The position numbers and the translations under genes were made by a program. A stretch of DNA of 59,691 nucleotides, filler included, from Barthelona sp. PAP020 (lineage: Eukaryota), in NCBI GenBank assembly GCA_040182905.1. It is 7 parts of 7 records of this genome, joined end to end, with 100 filler letters (N's around TTAATTAATTAA, not from the genome) between each part and the next. Parts side by side here need not be neighbours in the genome. Positions count along the whole stretch, not along the records: positions 8,597 to 17,074 come from JARQWU010000455.1; positions 17,175 to 25,619 come from JARQWU010000456.1; 5 more parts are not named here. One strand, 5' to 3'. Of this stretch, positions 10,388-20,893 are shown piece by piece. Each line of letters begins with the position of its first letter. The stretch's first letter is position 1. The notes beneath the pieces are model-generated. The model had not been told where the DNA came from. It worked only from the letters and a program-made list of their open reading frames with translations, and made no database searches.

Positions 10388-11842
10388 ATGTATTCTTATG
10401 ATAATGTTTTGGAACAAGTATTAAATTTTTGCATCAAATTACGATTTCATTATGATTTTGATTTAAATATTTCTTTAATTAATGAATTTCTTGATAGTTT
10501 TTCAATTATTTCTGAGAATTTAGCGATTTCGATTGGGGCCTTACTGATATCTCACAGTAATATATTTGAAACGGATGAAAATAATATTAAAAACGTGAAT
10601 GAATCACCTTTTATGTGGAATTTTTCTTTTGATTATTTCAAATATTGTCCATTATTAAAAATTTCATATGATTTTTTGGTTCATGATGAAATAAACACTG
10701 GAAAAATTGATAATAATCTAAATTATTCAGAAACAAGTATTAAAAGGCCACCCTCTATTCATAATGAGACTATTAAAGAAAATAAAAAGTTAAAAGTTCA
10801 AGAAAAAGAAAAGGGTCATTTTATATTATCACTGTTGAATTATTTGTATTCTTTTCCTGAAAATGTGATTGTTTGCAGATATTTTGTGTGTTATATTGAA
10901 CAATTGGGGGATGTTGATATTTGGGAGTGTTTATTTGAGTTTGTTGAAACGAAAATGTGTGATGAAAAATTTTCTAATTTTTTGTTGCAATTGAGTGAAT
11001 ATTCGACAAGCGTTAAAATTAAGAGTTCTATTTATCCGACTTCAGCAAATCAAATTATTTTTTTTCATTTTTTTTTTGCTTTTAAAAAGACAGAAAATGA
11101 ATTTCATCATTTTTTTTTGTATGAAAACGAAACAAATTTCAAAAGTTTATGTGATAAAACTTTTCAAATTAAATATTTGAGAGAGAATTTTGTGGAATTT
11201 TACAGCAAATTTACAAAAATTTACAAAAATCTCTTTGTCATTGTTTTATACATAAACGACGATGATATAAACAGTCAAAATAAGTTTATTGAACTTTTTG
11301 CAACTTTTCATTATTATGATGAAATTTTTCAATATTTCAAACAAAATATCGTTTGTAATTTTCTTAACCATTGTAAATTTTATGAAGATTCTACTTTTAG
11401 TGCATTAAAAACACCTTTAGAATGGTTTGAATTATTAATTAGATGTAATATTGAAATAAATTTGCAGGAATTGATGAACACATCCATTTTTTCGTATGAG
11501 TATGAAAAAAACGTTTCAAAATGGTTATGCGAATTGTTACAGTTACCTTGTAGTTCCTTTTTTGTTAAAAATCTTTTGGAATTATTATTTTCCACGAATT
11601 TGCTGGATGAACTTCAAATCTTCAATGATTTGCATCTGGAAATAATGAATTCAATGGTTTCTTTGCGATTAATACCTGTAATTGCTTTCATTGAATATTA
11701 TATTGAAGAATTAGATTTTCAATTTGATGAAAATAAAGTTTTGAGTTGGAATGTTGGTTCAAAAGAGTTATTCAGTTTAAAAGTAATAAGTTTACTTCAC
11801 AATGATACTGAATATTCTCATCAAGAGGATACTTTTTTTTGA
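10388..11842 (+). CDS. Hypothetical protein
   Basis: 484-codon ATG ORF in very AT-rich DNA; no recognised motif. Confidence 0.7.
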   Translation: MYSYDNVLEQVLNFCIKLRFHYDFDLNISLINEFLDSFSIISENLAISIGALLISHSNIFETDENNIKNVNESPFMWNFSFDYFKYCPLLKISYDFLVHDEINTGKIDNNLNYSETSIKRPPSIHNETIKENKKLKVQEKEKGHFILSLLNYLYSFPENVIVCRYFVCYIEQLGDVDIWECLFEFVETKMCDEKFSNFLLQLSEYSTSVKIKSSIYPTSANQIIFFHFFFAFKKTENEFHHFFLYENETNFKSLCDKTFQIKYLRENFVEFYSKFTKIYKNLFVIVLYINDDDINSQNKFIELFATFHYYDEIFQYFKQNIVCNFLNHCKFYEDSTFSALKTPLEWFELLIRCNIEINLQELMNTSIFSYEYEKNVSKWLCELLQLPCSSFFVKNLLELLFSTNLLDELQIFNDLHLEIMNSMVSLRLIPVIAFIEYYIEELDFQFDENKVLSWNVGSKELFSLKVISLLHNDTEYSHQEDTFF

Positions 11843-12306
11843 TGATGATATTGACTTTCTTATGTTTTTTTTGATTAAGTGATTGAATTTTATTGAAATG
11901 TGTTTATTCATAATAAATGTATCATTTTAGAAATTATTAAGAATATTTGCCCATTTTATTTGTACGTTTGCTCTTTATTGACAAATTCCAATAAATTTTT
12001 TTTTTGGTTCATTTTTTTTTTTTGTGATTATGTTTTAAACTGTTATTTTTTTAAATTTGATATTAAAACTTTAATTTTGTTGGATTTAATATCAAAAAAT
12101 AATTGTTAATCAAATGAAAATTAGATACGAAATGAATCTTTTCACAGAAGATTTTATTGTTTAATATGAAATAATCTTTCTTTATTGATATAATACAATG
12201 TAATAAATTATTGAATGAAACTAATGAAATTTGTTTATTAGTAAAGGATTCGTAAATTTTTGGTTAATTAAACAATTTTTTCATTCAATTAATTTCTAAT
12301 GATAAT

Positions 12307-15300
12307 ATGGAAACATGTCCTATTATTGTATCACGCAAAGAGAATGCGAGTGATTTGCTTATTTTCGAAACTAAACCAGTACTCTTTCATGTAATACATA
12401 GTTGTCTACAATTAACATTATTGTTTGATAGTTATTTAATGCATAGATCATTAGTTGTGAAGATTTTTGTTTTGCTTTATTTTTTTATCAATCTTGTAGC
12501 AGTTTTTAGTAAGCGTTTTCGAAGTTATGTCAAAATAAAAGATAGTTTATTTTTTATCATATTAAAAAATTTTTACATTTTTTTTAATCTCTTTTATTAT
12601 ATACCCATACTAGTATTTAGTTGTTTAAAACATAAAATAAGAGAAGAAATTACTGATCCTTTTTGGTGTATCAATTTAATAGCTTTAACTTTAAGATTAT
12701 ATACGCCTATTTATTCTTATGTTGTTCTTATCATTCCATTTTTTTATCTTTTTGTTTTTTCTTTTTTTGTGTTTGGTTTTGATGAATTTGTGTTTTCATT
12801 CTCAATGCAACAATTCAATTTTACTTTATTGTTCATATGTTTATATGAAGTGTTCATGAACATTTACAAATTTTATGTATCTTCCATTGATATTTTGGAA
12901 CGATTGTATTTACCTTTGAAAACAACTTTGAATCGTATGGTTCCGTTAAAATTATTAAATATGATTGTTAATTTAGATAAAGCTAATGTAAAACAATTGA
13001 GTAAGGAAGAGGAGGATTACTTTTTGGATTTTCAACTCGATAAATATAGTGCCCATGCGATTACAATAAATAAGACTCCTGCTTTATTTGCAGATATTGC
13101 TAATTTTACAAAATTTTGTTCTGACAAGAAAGCAACAAGGGTCCTTGAATATTTAAAGGATGTGATGGTATCGTTTGATAATTTAGTTCATTCGACCAAT
13201 GTTACCAAGGTTAGAACAATTGGTGACGGTTATTTGGTGATTGGTAATGTAATGGAAGAATTTGAAGAATTTGATGATTATTCAGTGTCAAAACATTTAA
13301 ATAGAGGATATTCAAGTGACGATGATCGAATTATTACGTCACAATTGAATAATTTTTTACAATCATCTGATCTAACAAATTATGTAAATGTTGACAATGA
13401 ATTCAATGAAAGATTGAATAAAATATACACTGATTTGGATTTAGCAAAGGTAGGAAAGAATAAAAGCTCTCCCAAAGTTTCGGTTTTATTAATGTGTCAA
13501 TTAGCTTTTGATATGTTAAGTGTTGTTGATTTATTGAATAAAAGAAGAGAAGATAAAGTTGCGATTAGAATAGGTATTTCATATGGTGCAGTGAGGGTTG
13601 GATTTCTTGGTGAGAGTCAACTTGAATTTGATGCTTGGGGCTTACCAGTTAATGAAGCAACAGATATTCAATCATTTGGAATACCTGGAGACAGAAATAA
13701 ATCAATTGTTGTCACTCATGAAATTGTTGAGTTGGTTGGTGAATATTTTTGTTTTGTCCCATTTGAAACAACCAATTCCATCTTATTTTTTATGAAGGAG
13801 AAGAAACAACAAAACCAATCTTTGTTAAATATTCCTTCAATGACTGATCTTTTGTCAAACCCAAGTAATTTTGATACTTTGGATGATATTGATGGGTTAA
13901 AGGATGGAAGTCTTGTAATGATTCATGGAAAAGATGAGATAAGAGTAACCAAAGGAAATAAAGATATGTTTGAAGTTTCAGAAGAAAAAGAAAAGGATGA
14001 AGCATTCCTTAGTTCTGGAGAAAAAAATTTGTTATCTCGAGCAATAAGTAGGGTAGAAATATCAGAATTAGTGGAAGAAATAAAAATTGAAAAAGACAAT
14101 GAGAATGACAATGACAATGAGAATTTTGAATTAGAAGTTGAGGAATTGGATCATGACCTTTCTCTTTCTAATGGCTTTGAAAGTCAAATTTCTAACTCTA
14201 AATTAGAATCGATATTTGATAATTTTCATTCGTTATTACATGCTACTCTTTATTATCCTGAACTAATTCATAAGTCTCATCGGATTAGACTCATCAAAAA
14301 GGTATATCCAACTATTATGTACTGTTACATTTCACTGAAATTAACAAACATATTCTTTTACATACTTTTGATGAGTTCAAAATATTCTCATTTTAGTTTC
14401 AGTTCTAAGGCGGCATTCGTTGTTATGATATTGGTTCATATTTGTTCCATCATTTTTTCTGTGATAAATATTCAATTATTTTCAACTGGTCACTACTCTT
14501 TTGGTAATAGTAGGTTTTATTTGATTGTTAACTTGATATTTAATGGAGTGATTGTGTTTTTTGTTCATACTTTTATTATGTTCCCAGAAAATAAATATTA
14601 TGTCTTAAGCGTACCAGTAACTCCACATTTTATTGGTATACCAAACTGGACACAATTTTTCTTTCAAGTTTTGGTGTTTGTCACATTATATAGTAGTTCA
14701 GTTGGAGAAATTCGAATTTTAGTTCCCAATACCTACCTTGTACTAACTTTTTGGGGTATTTTACAAAGTACTTTTGTGGATTTTTTCGGGTTATATACTG
14801 CTCCTTCTTTGATTGCTAGTGCTTTGATTGTTTATGTCCAATGTTTTTCAATGGCACAATATTGTCAACAATTTGAGAAACATTTATCTAAAGTTTTATA
14901 TTTTTCTGCTTTATCACAACTTTCCATGCCATCTTTTATTTTACAACGATATCTGATTAAACCTTTAAAATGTAACACTCTTTGTTTGTTTCATAAAGAT
15001 GCAATAGTCTGCTACATGAAATTTCATATTTCAATAATGGAAAAAACGTGTTTTGAGAATATCATGTGTTTTCCTGATTTGATTCATGCTGCATCAGGTG
15101 GTATTTCTAAATTAGATGATTTTCTTAATCAGAAACAATTTGAGATGCTGTGTGATCTTGCAGATCGAATCACTCAAATTTTGAATAAATACGATGAGAT
15201 AAATAAAGTTCGATGGTGTGGTACAGCTTTATTGATAGTCACGAATCTTCAATCCTTTAAAGAGAGGAAAGCGACTACTGATAAAGTTGAGAGCGAATTT

Positions 15301-16032
15301 TTTAAACTTTTGTTTAATTGGAACCAAATCTCTCAGCTTTTTAATGCAATACAAGAGATTATCATGGAAGTAGGTGAAACCAATTCATCCCAATATAATA
15401 CATTGTTTGAATTGAGGTGTACTGTGGGAATTGCTCAAAGTGATTTAATTTCAGGTATTGTTGGATCTGAACGTATCTTTTATGATATTTTTGGGGATGC
15501 TGTAAATACTGCAGCAAGAATTGCTTTACATAATTCAACTATTAGTCAAGAGATTCATGTAACAGAAAATGTTTGCAAATTTTATCAAGAAAATACAAAT
15601 AATTTGCAGTTATTCTTTAAAAAACTTGAATTGTTTCCAATTTTTGATGTTCAAACTGTTGAAAGAGGTAATTTTACACTTCAAAAAGCTATTAGAATCT
15701 TACAAAATAAAGGGATACCTGCTTCACACTTGAATCTTCAATATGATGAACCAACGAGTGATGAATCAAAAAAACATAAATTTTTTTTCACTTTCAACCA
15801 ATCTCTCTCTTTATTTGCGAAAGGTAAAGGAAATTTATTGATTAAGAAAGCAGAAGCTTACACCTACAATCCTAAAAAGAACCTATCGATTGGATTCAAG
15901 GCAATGACTACTTCTTCAGAAGATTTCTTGTTAACCAAGGTATTTTCCAAAAGTCCTATCAGACCTAAAAGTCCAGTTAATAATAAGAGTCCAATCAGAC
16001 ACAAAAGTCCTATCAGAACAAGAAATATTTGA
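12307..16032 (+). CDS. Membrane class III nucleotide cyclase (TM-C1-TM-C2), probably adenylyl cyclase
   Basis: C1: LFADIANFT, KVRTIGDGY, IRIGISYG. C2: SGIVG..RIFYDIFGDAVNTAARI. Each domain is preceded by a hydrophobic cluster. Confidence 0.88.
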   Translation: METCPIIVSRKENASDLLIFETKPVLFHVIHSCLQLTLLFDSYLMHRSLVVKIFVLLYFFINLVAVFSKRFRSYVKIKDSLFFIILKNFYIFFNLFYYIPILVFSCLKHKIREEITDPFWCINLIALTLRLYTPIYSYVVLIIPFFYLFVFSFFVFGFDEFVFSFSMQQFNFTLLFICLYEVFMNIYKFYVSSIDILERLYLPLKTTLNRMVPLKLLNMIVNLDKANVKQLSKEEEDYFLDFQLDKYSAHAITINKTPALFADIANFTKFCSDKKATRVLEYLKDVMVSFDNLVHSTNVTKVRTIGDGYLVIGNVMEEFEEFDDYSVSKHLNRGYSSDDDRIITSQLNNFLQSSDLTNYVNVDNEFNERLNKIYTDLDLAKVGKNKSSPKVSVLLMCQLAFDMLSVVDLLNKRREDKVAIRIGISYGAVRVGFLGESQLEFDAWGLPVNEATDIQSFGIPGDRNKSIVVTHEIVELVGEYFCFVPFETTNSILFFMKEKKQQNQSLLNIPSMTDLLSNPSNFDTLDDIDGLKDGSLVMIHGKDEIRVTKGNKDMFEVSEEKEKDEAFLSSGEKNLLSRAISRVEISELVEEIKIEKDNENDNDNENFELEVEELDHDLSLSNGFESQISNSKLESIFDNFHSLLHATLYYPELIHKSHRIRLIKKVYPTIMYCYISLKLTNIFFYILLMSSKYSHFSFSSKAAFVVMILVHICSIIFSVINIQLFSTGHYSFGNSRFYLIVNLIFNGVIVFFVHTFIMFPENKYYVLSVPVTPHFIGIPNWTQFFFQVLVFVTLYSSSVGEIRILVPNTYLVLTFWGILQSTFVDFFGLYTAPSLIASALIVYVQCFSMAQYCQQFEKHLSKVLYFSALSQLSMPSFILQRYLIKPLKCNTLCLFHKDAIVCYMKFHISIMEKTCFENIMCFPDLIHAASGGISKLDDFLNQKQFEMLCDLADRITQILNKYDEINKVRWCGTALLIVTNLQSFKERKATTDKVESEFFKLLFNWNQISQLFNAIQEIIMEVGETNSSQYNTLFELRCTVGIAQSDLISGIVGSERIFYDIFGDAVNTAARIALHNSTISQEIHVTENVCKFYQENTNNLQLFFKKLELFPIFDVQTVERGNFTLQKAIRILQNKGIPASHLNLQYDEPTSDESKKHKFFFTFNQSLSLFAKGKGNLLIKKAEAYTYNPKKNLSIGFKAMTTSSEDFLLTKVFSKSPIRPKSPVNNKSPIRHKSPIRTRNI

Positions 16033-16184
16033 TGTGTTTTTTAAATTTTTATAAATCTATTTAATTGTTTTTGTTTCATGTAAAAATAAATATAAAGCTA
16101 AAAAAACAAACAAATCTGCAACATATTTATCAAAAATTACTTTTCTTGCCATTTTCATGGTATTTAAAAAAAATTTTTTTTTTT

Positions 16185-16523
16185 TTAAATTGGATCATAT
16201 CCCGAATTTGTAGATCGTTCACGAAAATGTTTATTTCCTATCAAAATAACAAAGATCATAAATAAAATACACAATACAAGTCCAATTGCATAAAAATAAT
16301 AATCATTTGATGGTATTTCACAATGGTCTAGTAAAATACCATGTATACTTTCACATATATTACTAGCTTTGTTCATATCAATTGTGGATAAACATTTATC
16401 AACCTTTGAACACCATCCACAATTTTCAACATTCAAACAATTTCCACAATCAACAGCTAATGTACAATTCTCCCCATGAACACCTAAAATAATCAAAAAA
16501 CTCAAGAGAAGAAGATATTTCAT
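16185..16523 (-). CDS. Small PSI-domain type I membrane protein (PTTG1IP-like architecture)
   Basis: Signal peptide MKYLLLLSFLIILGVHG, PSI signature C..CL....CGWC.....C, one TM helix, terminal YDPI motif. ATG at 16523. Confidence 0.7.
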   Translation of the reverse strand: MKYLLLLSFLIILGVHGENCTLAVDCGNCLNVENCGWCSKVDKCLSTIDMNKASNICESIHGILLDHCEIPSNDYYFYAIGLVLCILFMIFVILIGNKHFRERSTNSGYDPI

Positions 16524-16824
16524 CACACAAAAAATAACAATATTTTTCCTTTCAGAAGATTGCGAAGACACATCCGATTTTTTGTCTTTTCAATTGCCTT
16601 TCTTCATTTTATTAATAGTTTTTAAATTGAAAGAATAATTTAATCAATTCCTTTGCTTTTCAATTTTACTTCTATTTTTGTTGTTTTACATAGTCATCAA
16701 AACAATTATATTTTCATCAGGATTCAAATAATGACAAAATTAAAAAAAAAATAAATGAAAAAACCAACAAAAACAAACTTTTATGTATATACACACGTTA
16801 CACAGATGTTGTGAAGAAATTCAT

Positions 16825-17074
16825 TCATTCACTGTTTAAAATATTGGAAATTTCCTTGATTTTATCTGAGTTGACCAAATATTTAATAAAATGCGATGAC
16901 AAATGTTGAAAGACTTCATTTTGTGAGGATCCATTTAATTTTTCCACAATATTTTCATCTTTCAATGATTCATTTTCCACAACCTTTGAAGTGATGCTTT
17001 CAAACAACTGGCCTTTTTCGTTTTTAAAGTTGTCCAATAACAACAATTTGTTTTCAATTGCTTTTTGATACTCT
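16825..17074 (-). CDS. 3' fragment of a gene cut by the contig end
   Basis: Frame is open from the contig edge (EYQKAIENKLLL...) to TGA at 16825. Confidence 0.5.
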
Positions 17075-17174
17075 NNNNNNNNNNNNNNNNNNNNNNNNNN
17101 NNNNNNNNNNNNNNNNNNTTAATTAATTAANNNNNNNNNNNNNNNNNNNNNNNNNNNNNNNNNNNNNNNNNNNN
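17075..17174. other. Artificial contig linker
   Basis: N-TTAATTAATTAA-N, 100 bp. Confidence 0.99.
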
Positions 17175-17258
17175 AAATGAGAAAATAGGATGCAGGTGTG
17201 GTTTTGGTTGATATACACTAAGTTAGCCACAAGACAAAGAAAGACAGTGGGTTAAAGA

Positions 17259-17277
17259 AATTTTGTTGTCATTTTAT
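17259..17277 (+). repeat. Left arm of a perfect 19-bp inverted repeat flanking the defence operon
   Basis: AATTTTGTTGTCATTTTAT is the exact reverse complement of 25564-25582. Confidence 0.85.
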
Positions 17278-17293
17278 AAAAAAACCAACACAC

Positions 17294-17357
17294 AAACAGC
17301 ACATTTGCAATTTGCACAAAGCCAACGCTAAGACCTAAAATTGCAAAAGAGCTGTTT
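17294..17357 (+). repeat. Structured hairpin element, left copy
   Basis: AAACAGC-ACA-TTTGCAATTT...AAATTGCAAA-AGA-GCTGTTT; the same architecture recurs at 25449-25551. Confidence 0.8.
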
Positions 17358-17446
17358 TTTCAATGCAAAAATACGTTTTATAGAACTTAAAACAGGTTTA
17401 GACTGACAAAATAGATATATTTCATAAAACATTTTAAAATATGACG

Positions 17447-17496
17447 ATTGAATCAGATATATTACATATCTTTGTAATCAGTTTAAAGCTGACAAA
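17447..17496 (+). promoter_or_regulatory. Bacteroidota-type promoter (-7 box TATCTTTG) with candidate operator palindromes
   Basis: TAnnTTTG at 17467-17474, 28 nt before the abiEi ATG; TTG at 17448-50; A-rich leader with no Shine-Dalgarno; palindromes AGATAT-N5-ATATCT (17455-71) and TCAG-N7-CTGA (17478-92). Confidence 0.6.
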
Positions 17497-17502
17497 TCAA
17501 CT

Positions 17503-18324
17503 ATGAAAAATAAATTCATATCAAAACAATCAAATGAAATCTTAACTTATTTCAATGAGCAAGAAATACACTGTTTTGATTATGAACAAGCGAAAAAAGC
17601 ATTACCAAATTCAAAAGATAGTGCCCTTAGAGAATTGCTCAGAGATATGACACGTAGAGGTCTTTTAATGAGAATAAAACGTGGCTTATATCACGTTATT
17701 CCATACGAGCAAGACCCTGAGGATTATATGCCTGACTGGCATCTTCTTGCCGAACATTTGGTAAATGGAGCAGATTATTATATCGGATATTATTCAGCAT
17801 TACAAATACATAACTTAATAACACAACCATCATTAAAAGAACAAATTGTCGTCTCAGAGCAATTGAAACCTGCTATTCTGAAAGTCAAAAACACAGATTT
17901 TCAATTCATCTATCATAATAAACAACATTTTTTTGGAGCTAAAAAAATATGGATTGATAATTTCAATAAAGTAATTTGTTCTGACCTTGAAAAAACAATT
18001 GTTGATTGTTTATTTAAACCTGACTATTCAGGTGGAATTGTAGAAATAGCAAGAGCAATTTTTACATCAAAAGAGAAAATAAAATTCAACACACTGTTAG
18101 ATTATGTTATACGATTTAATTCACAAGCGGTGCTAAAACGTCTTGGATTCTTGTTGGAAACCTTAGAAATAGAGACATCAATAATTGATGAATTACAGAA
18201 GATAAAAACAAAATCGGTTGTAACTTTAGATACAGAACTTCCAAAATCAGGCAAAATCATTTCTCAATGGAGCGTTCAACAAAATATAGAAACAGAAACT
18301 ATTAAAACAGCTATTTACACGTGA
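17503..18324 (+). CDS. abiEi: AbiEi-family type IV antitoxin / transcriptional regulator
   Basis: N-terminal wHTH ending RGLLMRIKRGLY; YIGYYSALQIHNL, SDLEKTIVDCL and RLGFLLE; directly upstream of the nucleotidyltransferase. Confidence 0.88.
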   Translation: MKNKFISKQSNEILTYFNEQEIHCFDYEQAKKALPNSKDSALRELLRDMTRRGLLMRIKRGLYHVIPYEQDPEDYMPDWHLLAEHLVNGADYYIGYYSALQIHNLITQPSLKEQIVVSEQLKPAILKVKNTDFQFIYHNKQHFFGAKKIWIDNFNKVICSDLEKTIVDCLFKPDYSGGIVEIARAIFTSKEKIKFNTLLDYVIRFNSQAVLKRLGFLLETLEIETSIIDELQKIKTKSVVTLDTELPKSGKIISQWSVQQNIETETIKTAIYT

Positions 18325-19124
18325 TAAAACCAGGCGAAATACAGAAGAAAGCAAGAGCAGTCGGTGTTCGTGACCAACAAATTGAGAAAGATTATGTATT
18401 ATCGTGGATATTGCAAGGTGTTGCTATACACGAAATTCTATCAAAAATAATCGTTTTCAAAGGTGGCACAGTATTGAAAAAGGTATATTTCAAGGATTAT
18501 CGCTTTTCTGAAGATTTAGATTTCACGCTTTTAGACAATACCGTTTCAAATGAGCAAATATTTGATTACTTCAAAGAAACCTTTGAATACGTAAAGGAAG
18601 AAGCCAACATTCCACTTGAAATAATTGACAACAATGAACACGAAGATGGAGGAATAAATTTCTACATAAGTTACGTTGGTTCTCTTGGTGGAATTGGTGC
18701 AAACAAACGTGTAAAAGTTGATGTATCGAAAAGTGAAACATTGCAATTTGAGCCTATCAAAAAAGATGTAATTACAACATACACCGACCAAGAACCGCAT
18801 CAGTTGCTTTGTTATTCATTAGAAGAGATTTTAGTCGAAAAACTTCGCTCAATTATGCAACGAATGCAGGCAAGAGATTTCTATGACATTTGGTATTTGC
18901 TTGAATTACACGGATTAGACCTTGACTTTTATAAAAACGAGTTTATTTCGAAATGTGAAAGCAAAAACGTTAATCCGTCAGACTTTTTCAGCAAATTAGA
19001 ACAACGATTACCACAGTACAAGGCACGTTGGCAAAAATCAATGAAAGACCAAATAAAAGATTTACCCGATTTTGAACAAGTGGAACGAGAAATAATGAGA
19101 CACTTAAAGAGTTTTGAAATTTGA
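18321..19124 (+). CDS. abiEii: AbiEii/DUF1814-type nucleotidyltransferase toxin
   Basis: IEKDYVL, FKGGT, RFSEDLDF, EILVEKL and RDFYD motifs; the GTG start overlaps the abiEi stop (GTGA). Confidence 0.92.
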   Translation: MIKPGEIQKKARAVGVRDQQIEKDYVLSWILQGVAIHEILSKIIVFKGGTVLKKVYFKDYRFSEDLDFTLLDNTVSNEQIFDYFKETFEYVKEEANIPLEIIDNNEHEDGGINFYISYVGSLGGIGANKRVKVDVSKSETLQFEPIKKDVITTYTDQEPHQLLCYSLEEILVEKLRSIMQRMQARDFYDIWYLLELHGLDLDFYKNEFISKCESKNVNPSDFFSKLEQRLPQYKARWQKSMKDQIKDLPDFEQVEREIMRHLKSFEI

Positions 19125-20314
19125 ATACGTTTTACAACATAAAAGAATTACTATCAACTCTAAATCGAGAAGAGAAATTAATTACCGAAATGTTTAGCAA
19201 ACGCAAGCTAACCTATAAGCTAAACTATGCTCTTGAGTTGGTTGATTATGAAGAAAACAGAATCACTTCTTTGATAGAACGTGGTGTTATTCGTGAAAAT
19301 GGAGACACATTGGAATTAGATGATTTGTATCTTGATTTCTTTGAACAAATTCTGGAAGTCAATGAAACAATTAACATTTCTTATGTCAATGAAAACATCC
19401 AAAGCATAAAAGAAAATATCAACTATTATTTAAACGAAAACAATCAAAATCGAAAATATTCTTATCTAAGACTAATCAAAAGAACATTCAGAAAGATAGG
19501 AACGGTTACACTTCGCAACGTGGTTGATTTAAGGCGGAATATTGAAAACACATTTAAAAACGAGCCAAACTACAAAATCAAGAAAGCCAAGCTTGAAAAT
19601 CTTGACGATAAAAGAATCACTATAAATAACTTCATTAAAGCAACTTTACAGTTAATCGATAATGAAGAACATACATTTTTCAGAACTGCAACTGATGTCG
19701 AACTCAACAACATTATTATTGAATTAAAAAGTTGTTTAAGTGAATGCTCTCATAACCTTATTGAAATTGAAAAACAAATTATCGATTTCTTAAATCAAAT
19801 AAAACAACACGGTCAATTAATAGAGAAACTTCGAAAATTAAAATACCTAAAAGAGCAATTTTCAATTGAAGCTGACACCAATATTCGACAAGTTCTTAGT
19901 AAAAACAATGCAGTAACTTTTGAACAACGAATTAGTGAACCGCTAAAGCTTTCACTCTCCTATCTACAATCTGATGAACAGGCTTTTGATAGTATTAAAA
20001 AAATTGCAAAATCGCTTACAAATCGCAAAATTGAACAATCGAAAATTGCAGGAAATATTGCTTTAGATTTGCTTGAAAATAATATTGAAGAAGAAACAAT
20101 GATTAATCTTGAGGAAGTACGAAACAGCTTTTTAGCGACAAGCAACGATTTATTTAACTTTATTATGAGCTACAACTTTAACAAGGATATTGATTTTAAC
20201 GAACGTGTAACGATATATTGCCAAGTTGTTTCTCAATATGAAAATGAGTTTGAAATCACTGGAAATTTCCAATCAGGGAACGGATTAGAATATGCACTCG
20301 TTTTGCCAAAGTAA
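19121..20314 (+). CDS. Putative kleisin subunit (JetA/MksF-like)
   Basis: Helical 397-aa protein with an N-terminal wHTH-like segment, in the first position of a kleisin-KITE-SMC-Toprim operon; the TTG start overlaps the abiEii stop (TTGA). Call is mainly positional. Confidence 0.65.
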   Translation: MNTFYNIKELLSTLNREEKLITEMFSKRKLTYKLNYALELVDYEENRITSLIERGVIRENGDTLELDDLYLDFFEQILEVNETINISYVNENIQSIKENINYYLNENNQNRKYSYLRLIKRTFRKIGTVTLRNVVDLRRNIENTFKNEPNYKIKKAKLENLDDKRITINNFIKATLQLIDNEEHTFFRTATDVELNNIIIELKSCLSECSHNLIEIEKQIIDFLNQIKQHGQLIEKLRKLKYLKEQFSIEADTNIRQVLSKNNAVTFEQRISEPLKLSLSYLQSDEQAFDSIKKIAKSLTNRKIEQSKIAGNIALDLLENNIEEETMINLEEVRNSFLATSNDLFNFIMSYNFNKDIDFNERVTIYCQVVSQYENEFEITGNFQSGNGLEYALVLPK

Positions 20315-20323
20315 ACCCAACAT

Positions 20324-20893
20324 ATGAAACAGAAAGCTGAAATATTTGAGATATTACGAAGAGGTCAATTCATATCTTCCAATCATCCCAACGAAAAGAT
20401 TCAAAATTTATATCGTTATTTAGAAGATGAGCAAAATTTTGATGAATTATACGATTCATATCTTGATATCAATTATATACTCGAAAAAGGCGACGACTAT
20501 TTCTATTTCTCAAGAGTTGAAAACAAAGCCGATTTAGAACGAAAATTAGTAAAAGCATTTAACTGGATTGACATTCTTGATTTCTTTAAAATATTTGACA
20601 GTTCCTTTTCGTCAGGTTTTCGATTTTCCCCTGCCGAAATTGCTAATCAACTCAACACCAATGCAGATTTAAAATCGAAGTTAAACAGTTTAAAACGAAT
20701 TAACAAAGACAAAAAGTACAATTATAGTGAGCAAATAAAGAAAATAATTGAATCATTGGAACGAGAAGGTTTTGTTGCCCTAGAAAACGAAATTTCAGAG
20801 CAATACAAAGTTCTGACCTCTTTCAAATATTTAGAAGAACTAATTTCGACCATTAACATCCCCGAAGACATTGACAATGAGATTCCTGAATAA
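20324..20893 (+). CDS. Putative KITE subunit (JetB/MksE-like)
   Basis: 189 aa; IFEILRRGQFIS and INYILEKGDDYFYFSR resemble MksE-type proteins; immediately precedes and overlaps the SMC gene. Confidence 0.7.
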   Translation: MKQKAEIFEILRRGQFISSNHPNEKIQNLYRYLEDEQNFDELYDSYLDINYILEKGDDYFYFSRVENKADLERKLVKAFNWIDILDFFKIFDSSFSSGFRFSPAEIANQLNTNADLKSKLNSLKRINKDKKYNYSEQIKKIIESLEREGFVALENEISEQYKVLTSFKYLEELISTINIPEDIDNEIPE

